A DNA stretch of 63,677 nucleotides, filler included, from Perkinsus chesapeaki ATCC PRA-425 (GCA_013115145.1; 8 parts of 8 records of this genome joined end to end with filler, not necessarily neighbours in it), one strand, 5' to 3'. Positions 36,330 through 49,406 are shown, counted from the first letter of the whole stretch. Numbers and translations: made by a program. The notes: generated from the letters alone by a model not told the origin.

Positions 36330-37985
36330 GTGCGTTCTACATACTTATGCTGCTTAACATAAGCGAGATGCACAATTTAGGGCTATGACGGTTAAGATTC
36401 GCAAATTGAGGAAACGCCGGTTGGACCAACCGACCAGGAGTAGGCAAAGCGGCAGTTCGAAGGTCGGATTGATGAAGCATGCAGCGATTTCTCGACAGAC
36501 ATACCTCTCTATTCATATCATCTTCTTCAAAACGTTTAGCAGCCAGCTTAGATTCCACAACCTCCTGTTTGGTCTTGAGCCATGAAGAAGTAAAGGATAC
36601 CTGATTGGGGTAACTGTGCTGTGAACTTGAAATACGGAAGGTGGCACCATCATGGTGTGGCTCCCTTGATCGGAGGTCCTAGTGGGCGACAGTTGTGAGA
36701 CAAACAAACGCCCAGGTTGAGAGAATGTATTAAAGTTGGCAGGATTCTCGTGACTTCGAGATGGAAGTAATTTCCGTATCACTACAACTGCTCACTCCCT
36801 CCCCAAATTGATAGGGAATCCTTTGAAAGGAATACTATACATTGTTCCACGAGTTTGCGTACATTGACAAGCATGTCCTTCTCAGTGATAACCACCATAC
36901 TCCTCAACAGCAATCTACCGCTGTTGTCAACCCAGCCAGCCTCGATTAGCTGATCCAGGTCACCTTGGAGGTCCAGCAGACCCGTCCATCCCCTAAAGTA
37001 TCGAAACGTTACACCGTGAGCAAGTGTAAAATGCTTACACTGTGGGCTGCTGCTGAGTGAAGGTCGTCGGCCCGTAGCGTATTATAGAGGAGCTGGGGCA
37101 CCTACATGGCTCTCTATCCAACCATCAAGGTTTGACCCTCCGTCCTGCTACTTTAAATTTGGTATCCACAGCATAACCTGTCGCTTCAATCCATTTGGGT
37201 TCTTTGCCCACAACTGTGCCGGGGATCCTGATAAGCTAGACTGCAAAGTACCACTGCAGCTTGCAGTCTGCAAGTAGTCAGCGCGATTCCGTTAAACGAT
37301 TGTCGCTAACATATTTCTTAAGCCAGGCATATCTAATCTGACCCCGCATACCTTCATCCTCCTCGGCCAGTATATTCACCGCCAGCCATGTGTCCTGAGC
37401 GGTGCTAGCTTGACCGGCACCAGCGTAAAAATACCTGGAAGAAGTCACTCGCCACGAAAATACCAAGGCAGACCTCGCACCCTCTAGGGTATATCTGCAG
37501 TCTGTGTTTAATTTGGCGATCCGGATCCCAAATTTGTTGGCCCAGCATCATAGCGGACTGTGGTGGAAATCTGTACCGTGCGTCACGGGTGAGCTGGATG
37601 ACCTGTTAAAGAGAAGATAACAAAGGGATAGAGATACGTGGGCTGGAAGAAGTGATTAGAGACTCGCATTCAAAAATAGGATAATGTGAATACATATCGG
37701 AAAAAAAACCGAAATATGATTTTTCCTAGAACATAATCGAAAAAATACGGTATGCTCCATTATTTTGCAGGTGGGGTTCGCTTCTGTGAAAATAGACATC
37801 AAAGCAATTGGTTATAGAAAAACATTTTACTAGTGTAAAAATAAATATCAGAGCAATGGATCCAATTGAAACCCATGCCTTTTCTAATATCACTTGTACA
37901 TAAATCCGCATCTGTTGATACTATGAAGAATGCGCGCTACCTGTTCCGTCTCATGTGCTCGAAGTGGCGGTAGCACGTCCTTCAT
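36330..37985 (-). CDS. MATH/TRAF-domain protein, possibly MATH-BTB (multi-exon)
   Basis: KHRLQIYPRG..TWLAVNIL and FRGWTGLLDL..LIEAGWVDNSGRLLLRSMVVI fit the MATH strand pattern. Downstream VFQVHS resembles a BTB start (weak). Confidence 0.45.
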
Positions 37986-38045
37986 CTCCTGCGAGTACTC
38001 AATATGAGTCAACGCCACTGAAAAGAAAACAGCTGTTCTCTCAGC

Positions 38046-39456
38046 TCAGCAGGAATAATGCTCGGTTTCTCTCCAACAGGTCGTGGGTTCCACCCCGGCC
38101 TGCTCACTTTTGCTAGGTCCCTTCCACTGCCCTTTCTCTGTCCAGTTACTGGTATCTTCTCCTCCAGGCAGCGGTGGTGGTGGCGGTGGTGGTGGTGGCT
38201 GGTGATTGGGGTACTTCGGATAGGCCTTCCTCTTCGGTGCGGCGGCCCCATTGGCACCTACACCACGAGTATTGATATATTTCCCCGAGCGAGTCCTGAA
38301 GCCCCCCATCATGTGTGAGCTCTGTTTGGTCGCAAAACCGCCCTAAAGTTCTTCACAAATGTTCTCACTCAACAGCATGTGCCCCCCAGAACGTGGGAAT
38401 AGCGATATGGTCGGCGCGCAACTTCGCTTGACAGTCTCACCACGGTGTTGTATCGCTGGCGGAGCCTTCTTTTTTCCGGTAAGGTCAACAACGGCATCTT
38501 TCTTACCAGCATCACCACTAGCAATCTTCAACCTACCATCACCATCAACACCTCAACCTTAGCGTACTTACTTCCACTGCGGCACGTCCGACTGAGCCAT
38601 CGCTTGCTTGTACATGTCGGCCATTGCCTTCTGATCTAACTTAGGCCCCTCTTCAGCCTTCTTGACAACCACCCCGGTCATCTTCGTTTGCCTGTCCTCC
38701 GGGCCAGGAGCTCTGAGCTCGCCAAGGGGCTCCAGCGGCTTGTTCGCCGCTTGTCCGACCTTCCCCTCAGAGACCTTTCTCGGCCCCAGAGGGGTCTGGT
38801 TCGCATTCGACTTGCCTTTTTTCTTGTGCTTCCCCCCACCTCGTCCCCCCTTTCCTTTTCTTGGTTCGAATTTGACCTCGCTTAATTGCTGCGACACTGC
38901 CGGCACCCCAGAGCTCCTCCTTCTGTATTCGACCGTCGGCACAGAATCGAGGTTGGTAGTGGTGGTCACGTCGACAGTACGAGATCGATAAGGTGTATGC
39001 GTTCTCTCCAATGCGCTGGGCTGTACTGGATCCGGGGCCTGATAGCCAGTAGAAGGCTGGACCGGAGGAGGCGGGAGATACTGCCCAGTGAATTGTTGCT
39101 GTTGTTGCGGCACTGCCGGTCCTCCTCGATAAGGTCTACTCGGTGCATGAAAAGCTTCAGCTGCTGCTGCTGCTTCTGGTTGTTGTTGTTGTTGTGATGG
39201 GGGCGCTACAATAAGGTATTGTTGCTGGGGTTGATAAGGGCGACTAGGGAAAGGCTGCTGAGGTGCTGCTGTTATGATATGTGATCTGGATGATGATGAT
39301 GATGATGGCGGCTGATAGGTCCTCACTGGGATGCCGACAGACTGTCGAGGCTGCTGGTTTTGTAGGAACTGCCGTTGTTGTTGTGGCTGTTGTTGCTGTA
39401 ACTGCGGCCGTGGTGGAGGTAGCAATTGCGACGGTTGTTGTTGTTGTTGTTGTTGC

Positions 39457-39492
<36 letters not shown>

Positions 39493-40029
39493 ATAGCAAA
39501 AGCCTGTGCTGCAGCCACTTGCTGCTGCTGTCGAGCAAAGTGCTGCTGTACCTGAAAAAGGACAACCTATAGCATCGCCACACCGCACACAATTGACAGC
39601 CTCAAAAACTAAGGTCGCTTCTCGGCTGTTACCGCCTGGGCGTATTGCTGCTGATAGACCATCATGGCTTGCTGGTACTGCATCAGTGCCTCCGCTGGAT
39701 CACTGGAGTACTGCGTGGAGAAGCTACTCGGAGGTACAGCAGCAACAGCAGCAGTCATCTGTTGTTGTGGCTGCTGGGCAGGACCGCCGCCATAAGCAGG
39801 CAACATACTGCTTTAATCATCATAATCACAAGACCATCCATGATCGACTTGAACAGTATACGCGTCTGCGGATCGACCGATAACCATCACGCCAGGTTGA
39901 GCGGTTTGTTACTAAATGAACTGCTAACACAAGACCAACAGGGAGGCTGCTGCTCTCCAATGATAACGTTATAGTCTTAATGTACCCAAGTATCACCACT
40001 CGAGGGGGAGGAAGGGAATGCTCCATCAA
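38046..40029 (-). CDS. Gln/Pro-rich low-complexity hypothetical protein, multi-exon
   Basis: 316-aa open exon with polyQ and a basic NLS-like GKGGRGGGKHKKKGK, linked to flanking exons. Confidence 0.6.
39433..39491. repeat. (TTG)n / (CAA)n microsatellite encoding polyQ
   Basis: Directly visible. Confidence 0.95.
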
Positions 40030-41259
40030 CCATTACAATGACAGTGACGTGCAACACCTGAAATGAACAACCACGTACCACACAGCTGAGCCACTTCCGG
40101 GCGAAAAGACATACAATTCGCGCAACATGGGAGGAATGGGAAAGCAATCAACTCCAATTTTGCTTGAATTTCTGCCAGTCCTCACCCGACATTCACAGAC
40201 GCAGTGGGAGAATCAAGGGTCAAAGCGAGCCGGATTGCCCAACCCCAAGGGTGAAGTTGGACTAACGTTAAGTGTCACTAGGGGAAGCTACTGGTAGTGA
40301 CCAACAAGTGAAATTGTGGTACGAAAATAAATCATAAGTGCAAAGCTATCGAGTCCAATCCTTTAGAGAGAGCAAGAATTAATGTTAGTTCAATGGAAAC
40401 CTGGCAAAGACGCCACTGGCCACTGCTGCACTATTGGCAGTGCAATACGTACGGTGTATCCGAATGTGCTACTATAATTCATATATTGTAGATGATAATG
40501 TATATGCTCGGCGACCATCTTTATAATAATCACTGCAAATGTAACAAAAATTTAATGTCTTTTCATTGGCTTTATTTTCTCTTTAATGGCCAATATCGAT
40601 GAACAGTGGGTAGACCTAGTTACCCAGGGATGTGTACACAGCCTGAGATGATCTTCTATCTGGATCAGATTGGGCTCCTCGTACTATAGATAATGCATCC
40701 ACATTAATTCCATCGCTAAGGTGGGCAACGCCACGTGCGCTCGGCTAGCCAGTTGACGGTATAATTCGGCTAATCACTGCTTACATAGTCCACATTGATC
40801 GCACTTCCTATGGTGGCATGGGCAGGACACCCCGCTGGCCGCCGTCCACAATACGTTACCACGACGATCTCGAACAGCCTGAGTCAACGGAAGGATTGCC
40901 AGAGTAATTCCCAAAGGCGATGTGGTTGCCTTTCGCCACTGAGCCCTGGAGAAAATGATACACTCTAATGAAAAAAATCAACCGAAATTTTTGGAAATTT
41001 TCCGGAAATTTCCCCTCATCATCACGGAGGGGAGCTGTTCATTTATCCCGAGACATCTCTGGCAGAACTGTGAATGGTGGCCAACTCACGATGAAGACAT
41101 TATCGCAAAGCATCATATTATATAAGTCACGTACGTTACAAAGATACTCTACGTCCGAATCACATCTTCTACTTGGAAATTCCCAGTTACCACGCAGCGG
41201 CGATGGCCTTACCGTGCGATAGTCCCCGTACTTGTGGCCTGTCGCTGAGGTAGAGCTAT

Positions 41260-44249
41260 TTGGTTTGGCCGAAGAGGTCTGAAAAATGCCAAATGCTCAC
41301 AGAAGTTAATCAAGGGAACTTGCTGGCAAAAGATGATTCAAGGCACGTAAACGCAGCAATGTACAGACGTGTATTTCCCATTGTCTCTGAGGGCCGTGCA
41401 TTTATCCCATAGAGATGCGCTGAATCGACACTCTGCGGTGAGTAGGGGGAATTAGCAGCTCTTTCCAAAATGAGGACTTCCCGCAAGTTTCCCGATCATT
41501 TCTTCACTCCCTGGCACGGTTAAACGCCTCAGCACCAAAAATGTCTCACCGATGCGCTCGAGGATGAATCGTCCTTGGATGAGGCGTTCTTCCTGAGCGT
41601 CCCGTCAGTGTCCTTCGACATGCTCCTTGTTCGCCTTCGTGTGGTCATAGGTTCGATCCTCGGGTACGGCATCTCTCTAGGAGTATTCTGAAAACCACTC
41701 CATATCCCCTTTATAATTCAGCCATCGGAGTTCCACCAGCGCTGCGCAAAGCGCCGGAAAAGACAATTCACTTCTCACTTCGCAGATTTCACGTCTTCCC
41801 AGCAAATAGTTAATCAAGAGTAAAAGAGGAGTCATCTAGCCATCACGGAGATGCCCCTCTCGGGGATCGAATAGCGCTCCGGATGTCTAAGACGTTCCTA
41901 TACTATCACGAGGGAATGTTAAAGGCATCCCATCAGAGCCTAACACTTATCGTTCCTCTGCGGCTCCCTATGGTAAAATTGCGAATATTCCTCACCTCAA
42001 TATCGTGTTAAAATATAGTAGTTGACCACGATGGTAACCTTCCACGGTCCTACCTGTGCGCCAGCAGTTGCTCCTCCTTTCCCAGCACCACGCCGTGTCC
42101 TTCGTCGAGTGACGCCTTTACCAGTCTCGTCGACGCTCCCCTTCTCCGAGAAATTGCTGTTGCTGCTGCTGTTCTTCGCAGCAACCTTAGCCACTGCTGC
42201 GGCCGCCGCCAACGCCACCACATGTGGTATCATCGGAGTAGGCTCGGAAGGCACCGGCGGTTGAGTGGGGATGACTGGCGGAGGGAAGGGCATTGGTGGG
42301 GATGGCGGAATCTGAGCTCGAAAATATCTTTGAAAGTGACCAGTGGAGTAACATAACCCATTCCAGCCCGGAATAAGAATACGTTGCCCTGTGACTGTGT
42401 GTGCACACAATCGGCTGTCCCCAATCTTATAGTAGGCCCTTCGTTATGGTCGTATTAACGTTTGTTGAGTTTCGTGATGATACGCTCCCATACCTCTCCA
42501 ATGTAAAAGAGCCATCCTTTGATGTCAGCGGAGAGCCCTAACTGAAGTGTGCAAATTTATTACCTAGTATTATTATTATATTGTTTTATAACATGTGTAT
42601 AATGACTATTACCTACTATACAATTATACTACTTAATAATACGGGACAAATCATTAGAAATATTTTTAATATATCACATTGTACATACGTACATATAAAA
42701 CATAGACCAGTAGGAAATCGGTACTGTTCTGACCCAGGTGTCTGAGCCCGCATCTATACTCCTGTACTGTTTGCCTGGTGAAGGCCGGAGTGCTGACCGA
42801 TGAGAAAGTGATGTAATGATATCACAGACAGACACCACAGATTTGTGGTGAGTTGAGCTCAGTGAGAGGTTTGGATGACTAACGAGAATAGAGCTGACCC
42901 GAGGTACCAAGTAAAAAGTGATACGCTTGTTGTTGCATACTCCTCCTCCTCCCCTACTTCTTGTTGGTCTTCCCCATCGCTCCGTGGAGTGTCCGCTTGC
43001 TGTTGTTGCTTTGTAGACTTCCGCGTCTTGGTATTTTGGGGGTAGGGAGTTGGCTCGTCACACTGGCAGTGGCGTGTTAAACCTGATGAAACAATGAAGA
43101 GAGAGATTCGGTTTGAACGGAAAACAACGAAGCCGTCGGTTCGATTTTGATTTAGTCACGGAGCACCAAATGACATTTCCACGAGAAGGACATAATATTA
43201 CTTTCTTTTATCACTACAGTAGTAACATATCCCCTACTATATCAAGGCACTGGTACCATACGTATATAACAATCAAATACGCCCAAACCGCTTGATGCTG
43301 TTAAAGTTTCCAAAAAAAGAATCTTAATAGAGCGCGCCCTCCAGAGGTTAACCTCCACAAAAAGATACGCCGTCGTCCTACACTGCTGACAATTCATGCA
43401 ACGCCTCTGATGGCAACCACACTTGATCTCGCCCATGCTCGTGTAGCTGATGCCCGGAAGGCGGGGTGCCGGGATCGAACCCACGGTCTCCGACGGCTCT
43501 CCACTCAGCACCATCACTCTGCTGTTACTCGCAACTGCCGTTACAGCGAACTTCTCTCCCAGTAAGGTCACAAAGCCTACTACCACTCTGTCCCTCTTCG
43601 GTCTTAAGAATCTTCATCGGTGTCCCCATTGTGTCGAATGGATCATCTATCATAACTTGTGCTAGCCGCTTCTTGGACATTTCTGAGCAACTGCTACTCG
43701 CCTCCCTCAACTAGTATTAATGATGTTACCTTCATTCTGCCTACTACAAGCGCAGTGTTGGGCCAGACAGTTGCCACACTCCATACCTGACCATATTGAG
43801 ATAACTCATATTTCTTGCTCATCAAAGGGGGGCGCGTGCTGGGTTGTTGTTGCTGATGAACAGTAGTGGGTGGGTTTGGGACACTCTACTCAGGGGTAGG
43901 AGTACTAGTGCGACGGTGCTCCATCCCCTACATCAAATCCCCCACAAAGAATCAAGTTTAATATCCCTCCTTTAAAAACTTCAGCAAGTTTCCGAACTCC
44001 TCTTTCATCCCTTGATTGGTGTGAAGTGCGATCGAGTAACACCAAATGCAGCAATAAGGTAAATATTTCACGCATTTCACTCGAGAATATATACAGATAA
44101 AAATATGATTGATTAGAATAAACCATATATGTGTCATTTTTTGACCCCCGAGGAATATATGTTCTCGAGGTTAGATCGTAAGGGCCCACAAAATCATCAA
44201 GTTGGTTGGCATCATCATCATCATCATCCGCATTGCCCCTCCTCCTCAT
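41260..44249 (-). CDS. Hypothetical multi-exon protein with Cys-rich and Pro-rich segments
   Basis: Exons include MRRRGNADDDDDD.., IKCGCHQRRCMNCQQCRT and QIPPSPPMPFPPPVIP. Ends are uncertain. Confidence 0.45.
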
Positions 44250-44430
44250 CCACCTACATCTGCGTCCATTACAGTTGCATCTCCATCCCATCTCCTTTTT
44301 AACTCCTCCTCTGGTTTCAGCCTGCCAACAAGAGCTATATAAAATTTATATCATATTCATTTGAAAATGTCTCCAATGTTTCGATAGAAAAACCTTCTGG
44401 CGTTCCATGGGAAGATTCTGCTGATGTTGA

Positions 44431-46024
44431 TTAGTTCACTATAGCCCAGCACAAAATATCAATTCTGCCCCCCCCCCCCCCTTCCCTGCTTACCTCTCCC
44501 TGCCGACAAGTGCAATGCTTCGCCAAGCACTTCTGACAATTCTTACATCGTTTTGCTCGAAATCGACGATCGGCTGAAACAAGCGACCATACACACTCAG
44601 AAGGGCGATGGGCAGAGATCTGGGAAGCTATGACGACCCTCAAATTCAACCGCCCCACTTGGTTGCGCAGACTGCCGAATCTTCAATTTCCCCGCCTTAG
44701 AACAGTACGAGATGCTTTCGTGTATCAATATATAGCCACTATTCCTTTCGAAATGAAGTTTGGTAAATACAAGAGAATAATGCTAATTTTGCACTATATC
44801 TGGTAGCACGGAGTAAGTACTGAATCCCTCTTGTTCTTATGTGCAGCTGGGAATCCTTTATGACGCGCTTAGACCTAAGATATGCTTACCACACTCATTG
44901 CACTTCGCCACTGGCCATTGAACTCCCATGCCAAATGAGTATTGGTGAACTTTAGTACCTAATAGACATGCAAATGCGCATAGCGGAGATATCCACAAGG
45001 AGTTTTCCAGTGATACCACATAGAAGCGAAAATACATCTTTCTTTCAACAAGACATCTCATTATCTTATCACCAATGCCAAGCAAGCCACTACTGTAACG
45101 TCGACTCTCTTGGCCCGAGAGCCTCACCCAGCCTCAAAGATCCGAATAGCTTCTATAGGTCCTCCTGGTGCGGAGAGCTAATGAAGAAATTATTTGGTGG
45201 CCCTTCCTTAGCTGTCTCATATTAATACTCAGATGAGGATACATCGGCAGCAGTGATAGCTCTTGTGCATAATACAGCACCCTTGTAATTGATGAATTAA
45301 ACAGGGAAAGTGGTTTTGCATTGTTAATGGAGGGAACCATGTACGCGCACACATACTGAGGGGTGACAGGCAAGAGTTGATAAGACATCAAAAGGCTACT
45401 CCTCGGGCGAGCTACCAGGCTGGAAGGTTTTCACTAGGCACCCTAGTGCTGAAAGTTTTAACACTATTTTCCGCCGCAGACATAATAGGAGGTTCATTAG
45501 AGCATGTGCAACCATCCACGACAGAGGCCCATATGTATCCCTTCTGCCCTGCAGTACTCCCTTAAAACATTCCCATCACAATACAATCGTAAACGCGGTG
45601 ATAATGCAAAGGTAGTTCTCTCAGCCTCCAACCATTTGATGACTCCCCTGTCCTACTTGCTGGAAAGTGTGGCAGGCCGCTAGAAGTGTTGGAAGAATCG
45701 CCAATCCTTATCCGGGGGGATGATGTGGGCAAAGTCTCAACTCTATGAGCTGTCCCATGCCTATAAGTTATAGTCACCAGGCCCGTTGCTGAAAATTAAA
45801 TAGCTCAGCAGGTTAAGCTTCTCTGCTGAACATCCATCCACCCGCATTCGATCCCTACTGGCTTGATTATTCGTTATTCTCGCTCGACACCAAACCTCAT
45901 CTTCACCTGGAGCATTCTCCTGCCCTGCCAGTACCGACACCGGGCATCCAGGATCGGCTGATATCTGATCGTCACGCGCCACTAAATCTCTCCCTCGCGT
46001 TTCAGGAGAACTCAGAACCTCCAT
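44431..46024 (-). CDS. Hypothetical Cys-containing multi-exon protein (weakly SET/SMYD-like N-terminus)
   Basis: RGRDLVARDDQI at the start, with CNECG and RCKNCQKCLAKHCTC near the end. No NHSC motif found. Confidence 0.3.
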
Positions 46025-46615
46025 AACCGAGTCGCTACCGAGTTTTTTAATTCGTTATTTCAGTCGCCATCCAACCAACCACCACTCTAATTACAACAAT
46101 GCATTAGGGCTAAATCAGCAACACTAGAAAGTGATCTGGTCTCAGAGGAACGTGTCTCTCGGCGATCAGAAATTTCTTCCAGTGCGGAGGAGATTAAATA
46201 GAAACTTAGGTAGAGGACCAGTTCCTAGACCACCAAAATGGGACGGCAAATGCACCCCTTCAACACCACTAACTCATGTTGCACTATCATCGCTTACTCT
46301 CTTAGAGCCCAGTATAGCTCTCGGGCCCAACAACCTAGCCAACTTCACACCAATGTCACAACCCATAGTCTTGGATGATGCATAAGTATCGATCCATTGG
46401 GAATATACAAACCTGAAAGCAGCAGCAGCATCAGACAAGGAATTATATAATAACATTTTACTAGTGTAAAAATAAAGGACAATCGAACAACATTATATAA
46501 TAACATTTTACTAGNNNNNNNNNNNNNNNNNNNNNNNNNNNNNNNNNNNNNNNNNNNNTTAATTAATTAANNNNNNNNNNNNNNNNNNNNNNNNNNNNNN
46601 NNNNNNNNNNNNNNC

Positions 46616-46753
46616 GATAACGACAAGGCCACACTTGACGTTGAAATTGGTAACCTAATCTACGTGAGGCCTTCCACGCGTTCAATGACTAGAGGACGTG
46701 GAAAGGAGCTTCGAGATCTTCTATCCTATATAGGAGATTTCCTATCACAGTAG
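46616..46753 (+). CDS. 3' end of an orphan ORF entering from the gap
   Basis: DNDKATLDVEIGNLIYVRPSTRSMTRGRGKELRDLLSYIGDFLSQ*, with the same codon style as 47064-48083. Confidence 0.4.
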   Translation, partial: DNDKATLDVEIGNLIYVRPSTRSMTRGRGKELRDLLSYIGDFLSQ

Positions 46754-47063
46754 CAACACTGTAAGCGTAGGCTAGTACGTAGTTAGAACGTTAGCAGTAG
46801 CCTCGTACGTAGACTCCTTATTTTTCGGTTACCTCTGGGATCTAGTGAGGCATCTTGCGCTCTTACGTTTCCCTTAGCCTGATCGATTTGACATCCTGCG
46901 CCGTTCATCGTAAGGCCGCCCCCCCCTTACGTGATGTTCTGTGCGCTTTCCTTGGTTTAGATCAGGTCGCTTTACGTCTATAGTGAAGTAGGCTAGTGAG
47001 CGTCTATTATAGCTACGTCCTTGCTCTTATTTCACTTCATTTTGATATGTTTTTATAGAGTAG

Positions 47064-48083
47064 TTGACGACTTCAATTGTACGTCCCTATCCCTCTCTCT
47101 TTCTTACGACTATGTCTGGCAACAATACCAATAACGACTTCAATGATGACGTTAGAAGGCATGCTGAAGACTTACGTCCACAAGCGCCTCATGGCCACTA
47201 CGACATTGACGCCTATCGTAGGCAAATTTGGTCTCCCGGCGCTGAATTAGCCACTGTAACTACTGGCTGCACGGCGGTCCAAAACGTCATCGACTATAAC
47301 GTCAACCTCTCTATGTTTGGTCCTAGTAACGTCACCCCTCCGGCTGATACGACTAGAGTGTCTACCCCACGTATATCTACGACTGGTGTCCTAACGTTAG
47401 ACTACATCCCTAAGATCGACGTCACCATCTTGAACGACTTCGAATTTGCCGTCTGTAGTCTTAAGTTGGTTACGACTCTGTTAGTAGATACTAAGACGTG
47501 GAATACTATTAATCCCTGTCTACGTCTTTTCGTTAAAACTGGGAGGAGCTACTTTGACGACATCCCAGACGGTTCTACGTAGAGTAACGACGTTCTGACT
47601 ACCAACGAGTTACGTGGAGAGTTTATGATAACGACTTTAGGTCAGCTCCTTAGATGGAGTCTGATTGAGGGTCTCTTTAATACGTTCCAATGCTGGGACG
47701 TAATGACGACTAGTTACGTGTTGGGTGTCCCTAAGCTACCTCACGACTTAGCTTTAGACGTCAGGAAGGTTGGACGACTTAGTATGTCTCTTCACTACTC
47801 ATACTTAAGGACGTTTGCTCTCTATAAGGGTATTTTTATTGCCACTATGGACGACGGCTTCAACAAGACTAATAACGTCTACATGCGTCGTATGTTGTAT
47901 AATAACATTGGTGATGCTATGGGTAACGTCTTCTCTAAGTACGAGCACATGATGCAGTTCTTTGATATTGACGACTACAACGATATGGTGAGGCTGGATG
48001 CTATACGTGTTGCTGAACAACGTCACTATTTCTACGTTGGTGAATGGGCTAGAGACGATGGCAACGAGAACGACAACAATTAA
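47064..48083 (+). pseudogene. Orphan intronless ~339-codon frame with one in-frame TAG (47580-47582)
   Basis: ORFs 47064-47582 and 47625-48083 share a frame (offset 561 nt) and are separated only by a single TAG. Distinct GAC/AAC/TAC/CGT/ACT-rich codon usage. Confidence 0.55.
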
Positions 48084-48274
48084 TTGGACGTCTAAGAAGC
48101 TGTGACGACTAAATAGTTATGAGGATTATGACGACTTAGAATTATTTCCATTTTATTTTTTCCGTACATNNNNNNNNNNNNNNNNNNNNNNNNNNNNNNN
48201 NNNNNNNNNNNNNTTAATTAATTAANNNNNNNNNNNNNNNNNNNNNNNNNNNNNNNNNNNNNNNNNNNNCTTTA

Positions 48275-49285
48275 GTGAAAACAATTTCGCATATAGGAAC
48301 TTCAATTTCGACGCATACTCCCAAACTCGACAAGGATGACTTCCGAAACCTTCATTTAGTCACTTCAGAACAGCTCAATGCTCCCCTTATTAATGGATTA
48401 CGAAAGCTCAAGCTGGACATACTTCAACTTCGCGATAATGGTAAAAGGCACCACGTAATGAAGAAATTACTCGTAGCCTTACGTTATCTCGCGAACGGAA
48501 GTTTCCAATTGATAAGTGGAGACGCATTGGAGTGCTCCCAGGAATATGTATCTCGAAGTGTTGCTGAGGTTGTCGAAGCTATCATTGAAAATCGTGATCG
48601 TTTTATTCGTTTCCCTCCGGATGAGGCAATCACTCGAGGAGACGCAGAGGTAGACCCACGTTTGCCTCGCTGCATTGGTCTCATCGACGGGACACACATT
48701 CTACTCAAAGATGTGGTGCCTATGGACCAGAGGGCTGATTTCGTGGATTCTAAGAAGAATGTATCCCTCAACGTGCAAGCGGTATTGGGAGCGAATAATT
48801 TGTGGGTATCCGTTAATTCCTCAAACCCTGGCTCTGTTCATGACTCTCGCGTTTATCAGTCTAGTAGGTTGTTCTTGCGCATGAGATACACGCCAGCCGG
48901 TTATTGGTTGTGTGGAGACTCTGCGTACGGCTTATCCCCTTCGCTACTTACCCCCTACAACGATCCTATCCCCGGAACTGCCGAGGCTGCCTTCAATGTT
49001 GCACATAAGAGTGTTAGATCAGCCGTGGAACGAGGTTTCAGGAAATTGAAGCGGTCGTGGGCAATTTGCAATGGGAACTTGAGGCTGACGCCTCCCAGTA
49101 AAGCAGCTAAAGCTGTTTTGGCGTGTTTCTGCCTGCATAATTTCCAGAAGATGATGGGGGAGCCGGAAGTCGACCTTGACGATGAAGTCCTCATGCCAGA
49201 GGACGCGAGAGGGATTGACCATGGCGCGGAGGCAATGGCGGGCATAGAATGCCGGCGCGCGTATACTATTGAGTTTTTTGCTTAA
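48275..49285 (+). mobile_element. PIF/Harbinger (HARBI1-like, DDE_Tnp_4) transposase, intact reading frame, 5' end at gap
   Basis: KLLVALRYLANG, CIGLIDGTHI, SLNVQAV, GSVHDSRV, LCGDSAYG, FNVAHKSVRSAVERGFRKLKRSW and CLHNF. The catalytic D, D and E are present. Confidence 0.93.
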
Positions 49286-49406
49286 TATGTAAATTTAAAA
49301 TAGGTTTTATGTACCGCTTTCGTATCGAGTTTATAATCAATAGTATACTGACAGTATACACTTACTATGTCTTTGTGATACGACTTTCTAGCAGTCAGTA
49401 AGTCAG

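Noticed and set aside
38041-38106. tRNA-like AGCTCAG...GGTCGTGGGTTCCACCCC
   Set aside because: Degenerate B-box and no pairing stems. It is antisense to the last exon of the Q/P-rich gene.
43457-43519. tRNA-like segment on the minus strand with a perfect B-box (GGTTCGATCCC)
   Set aside because: Only ~63 nt between the putative acceptor strands, with mismatched acceptor and T stems and no anticodon arm. It lies in an open coding exon.
46190-46270. HLPSHFGGLG resembling a non-LTR RT thumb motif
   Set aside because: It sits in a short spliced exon with no other RT motifs nearby.
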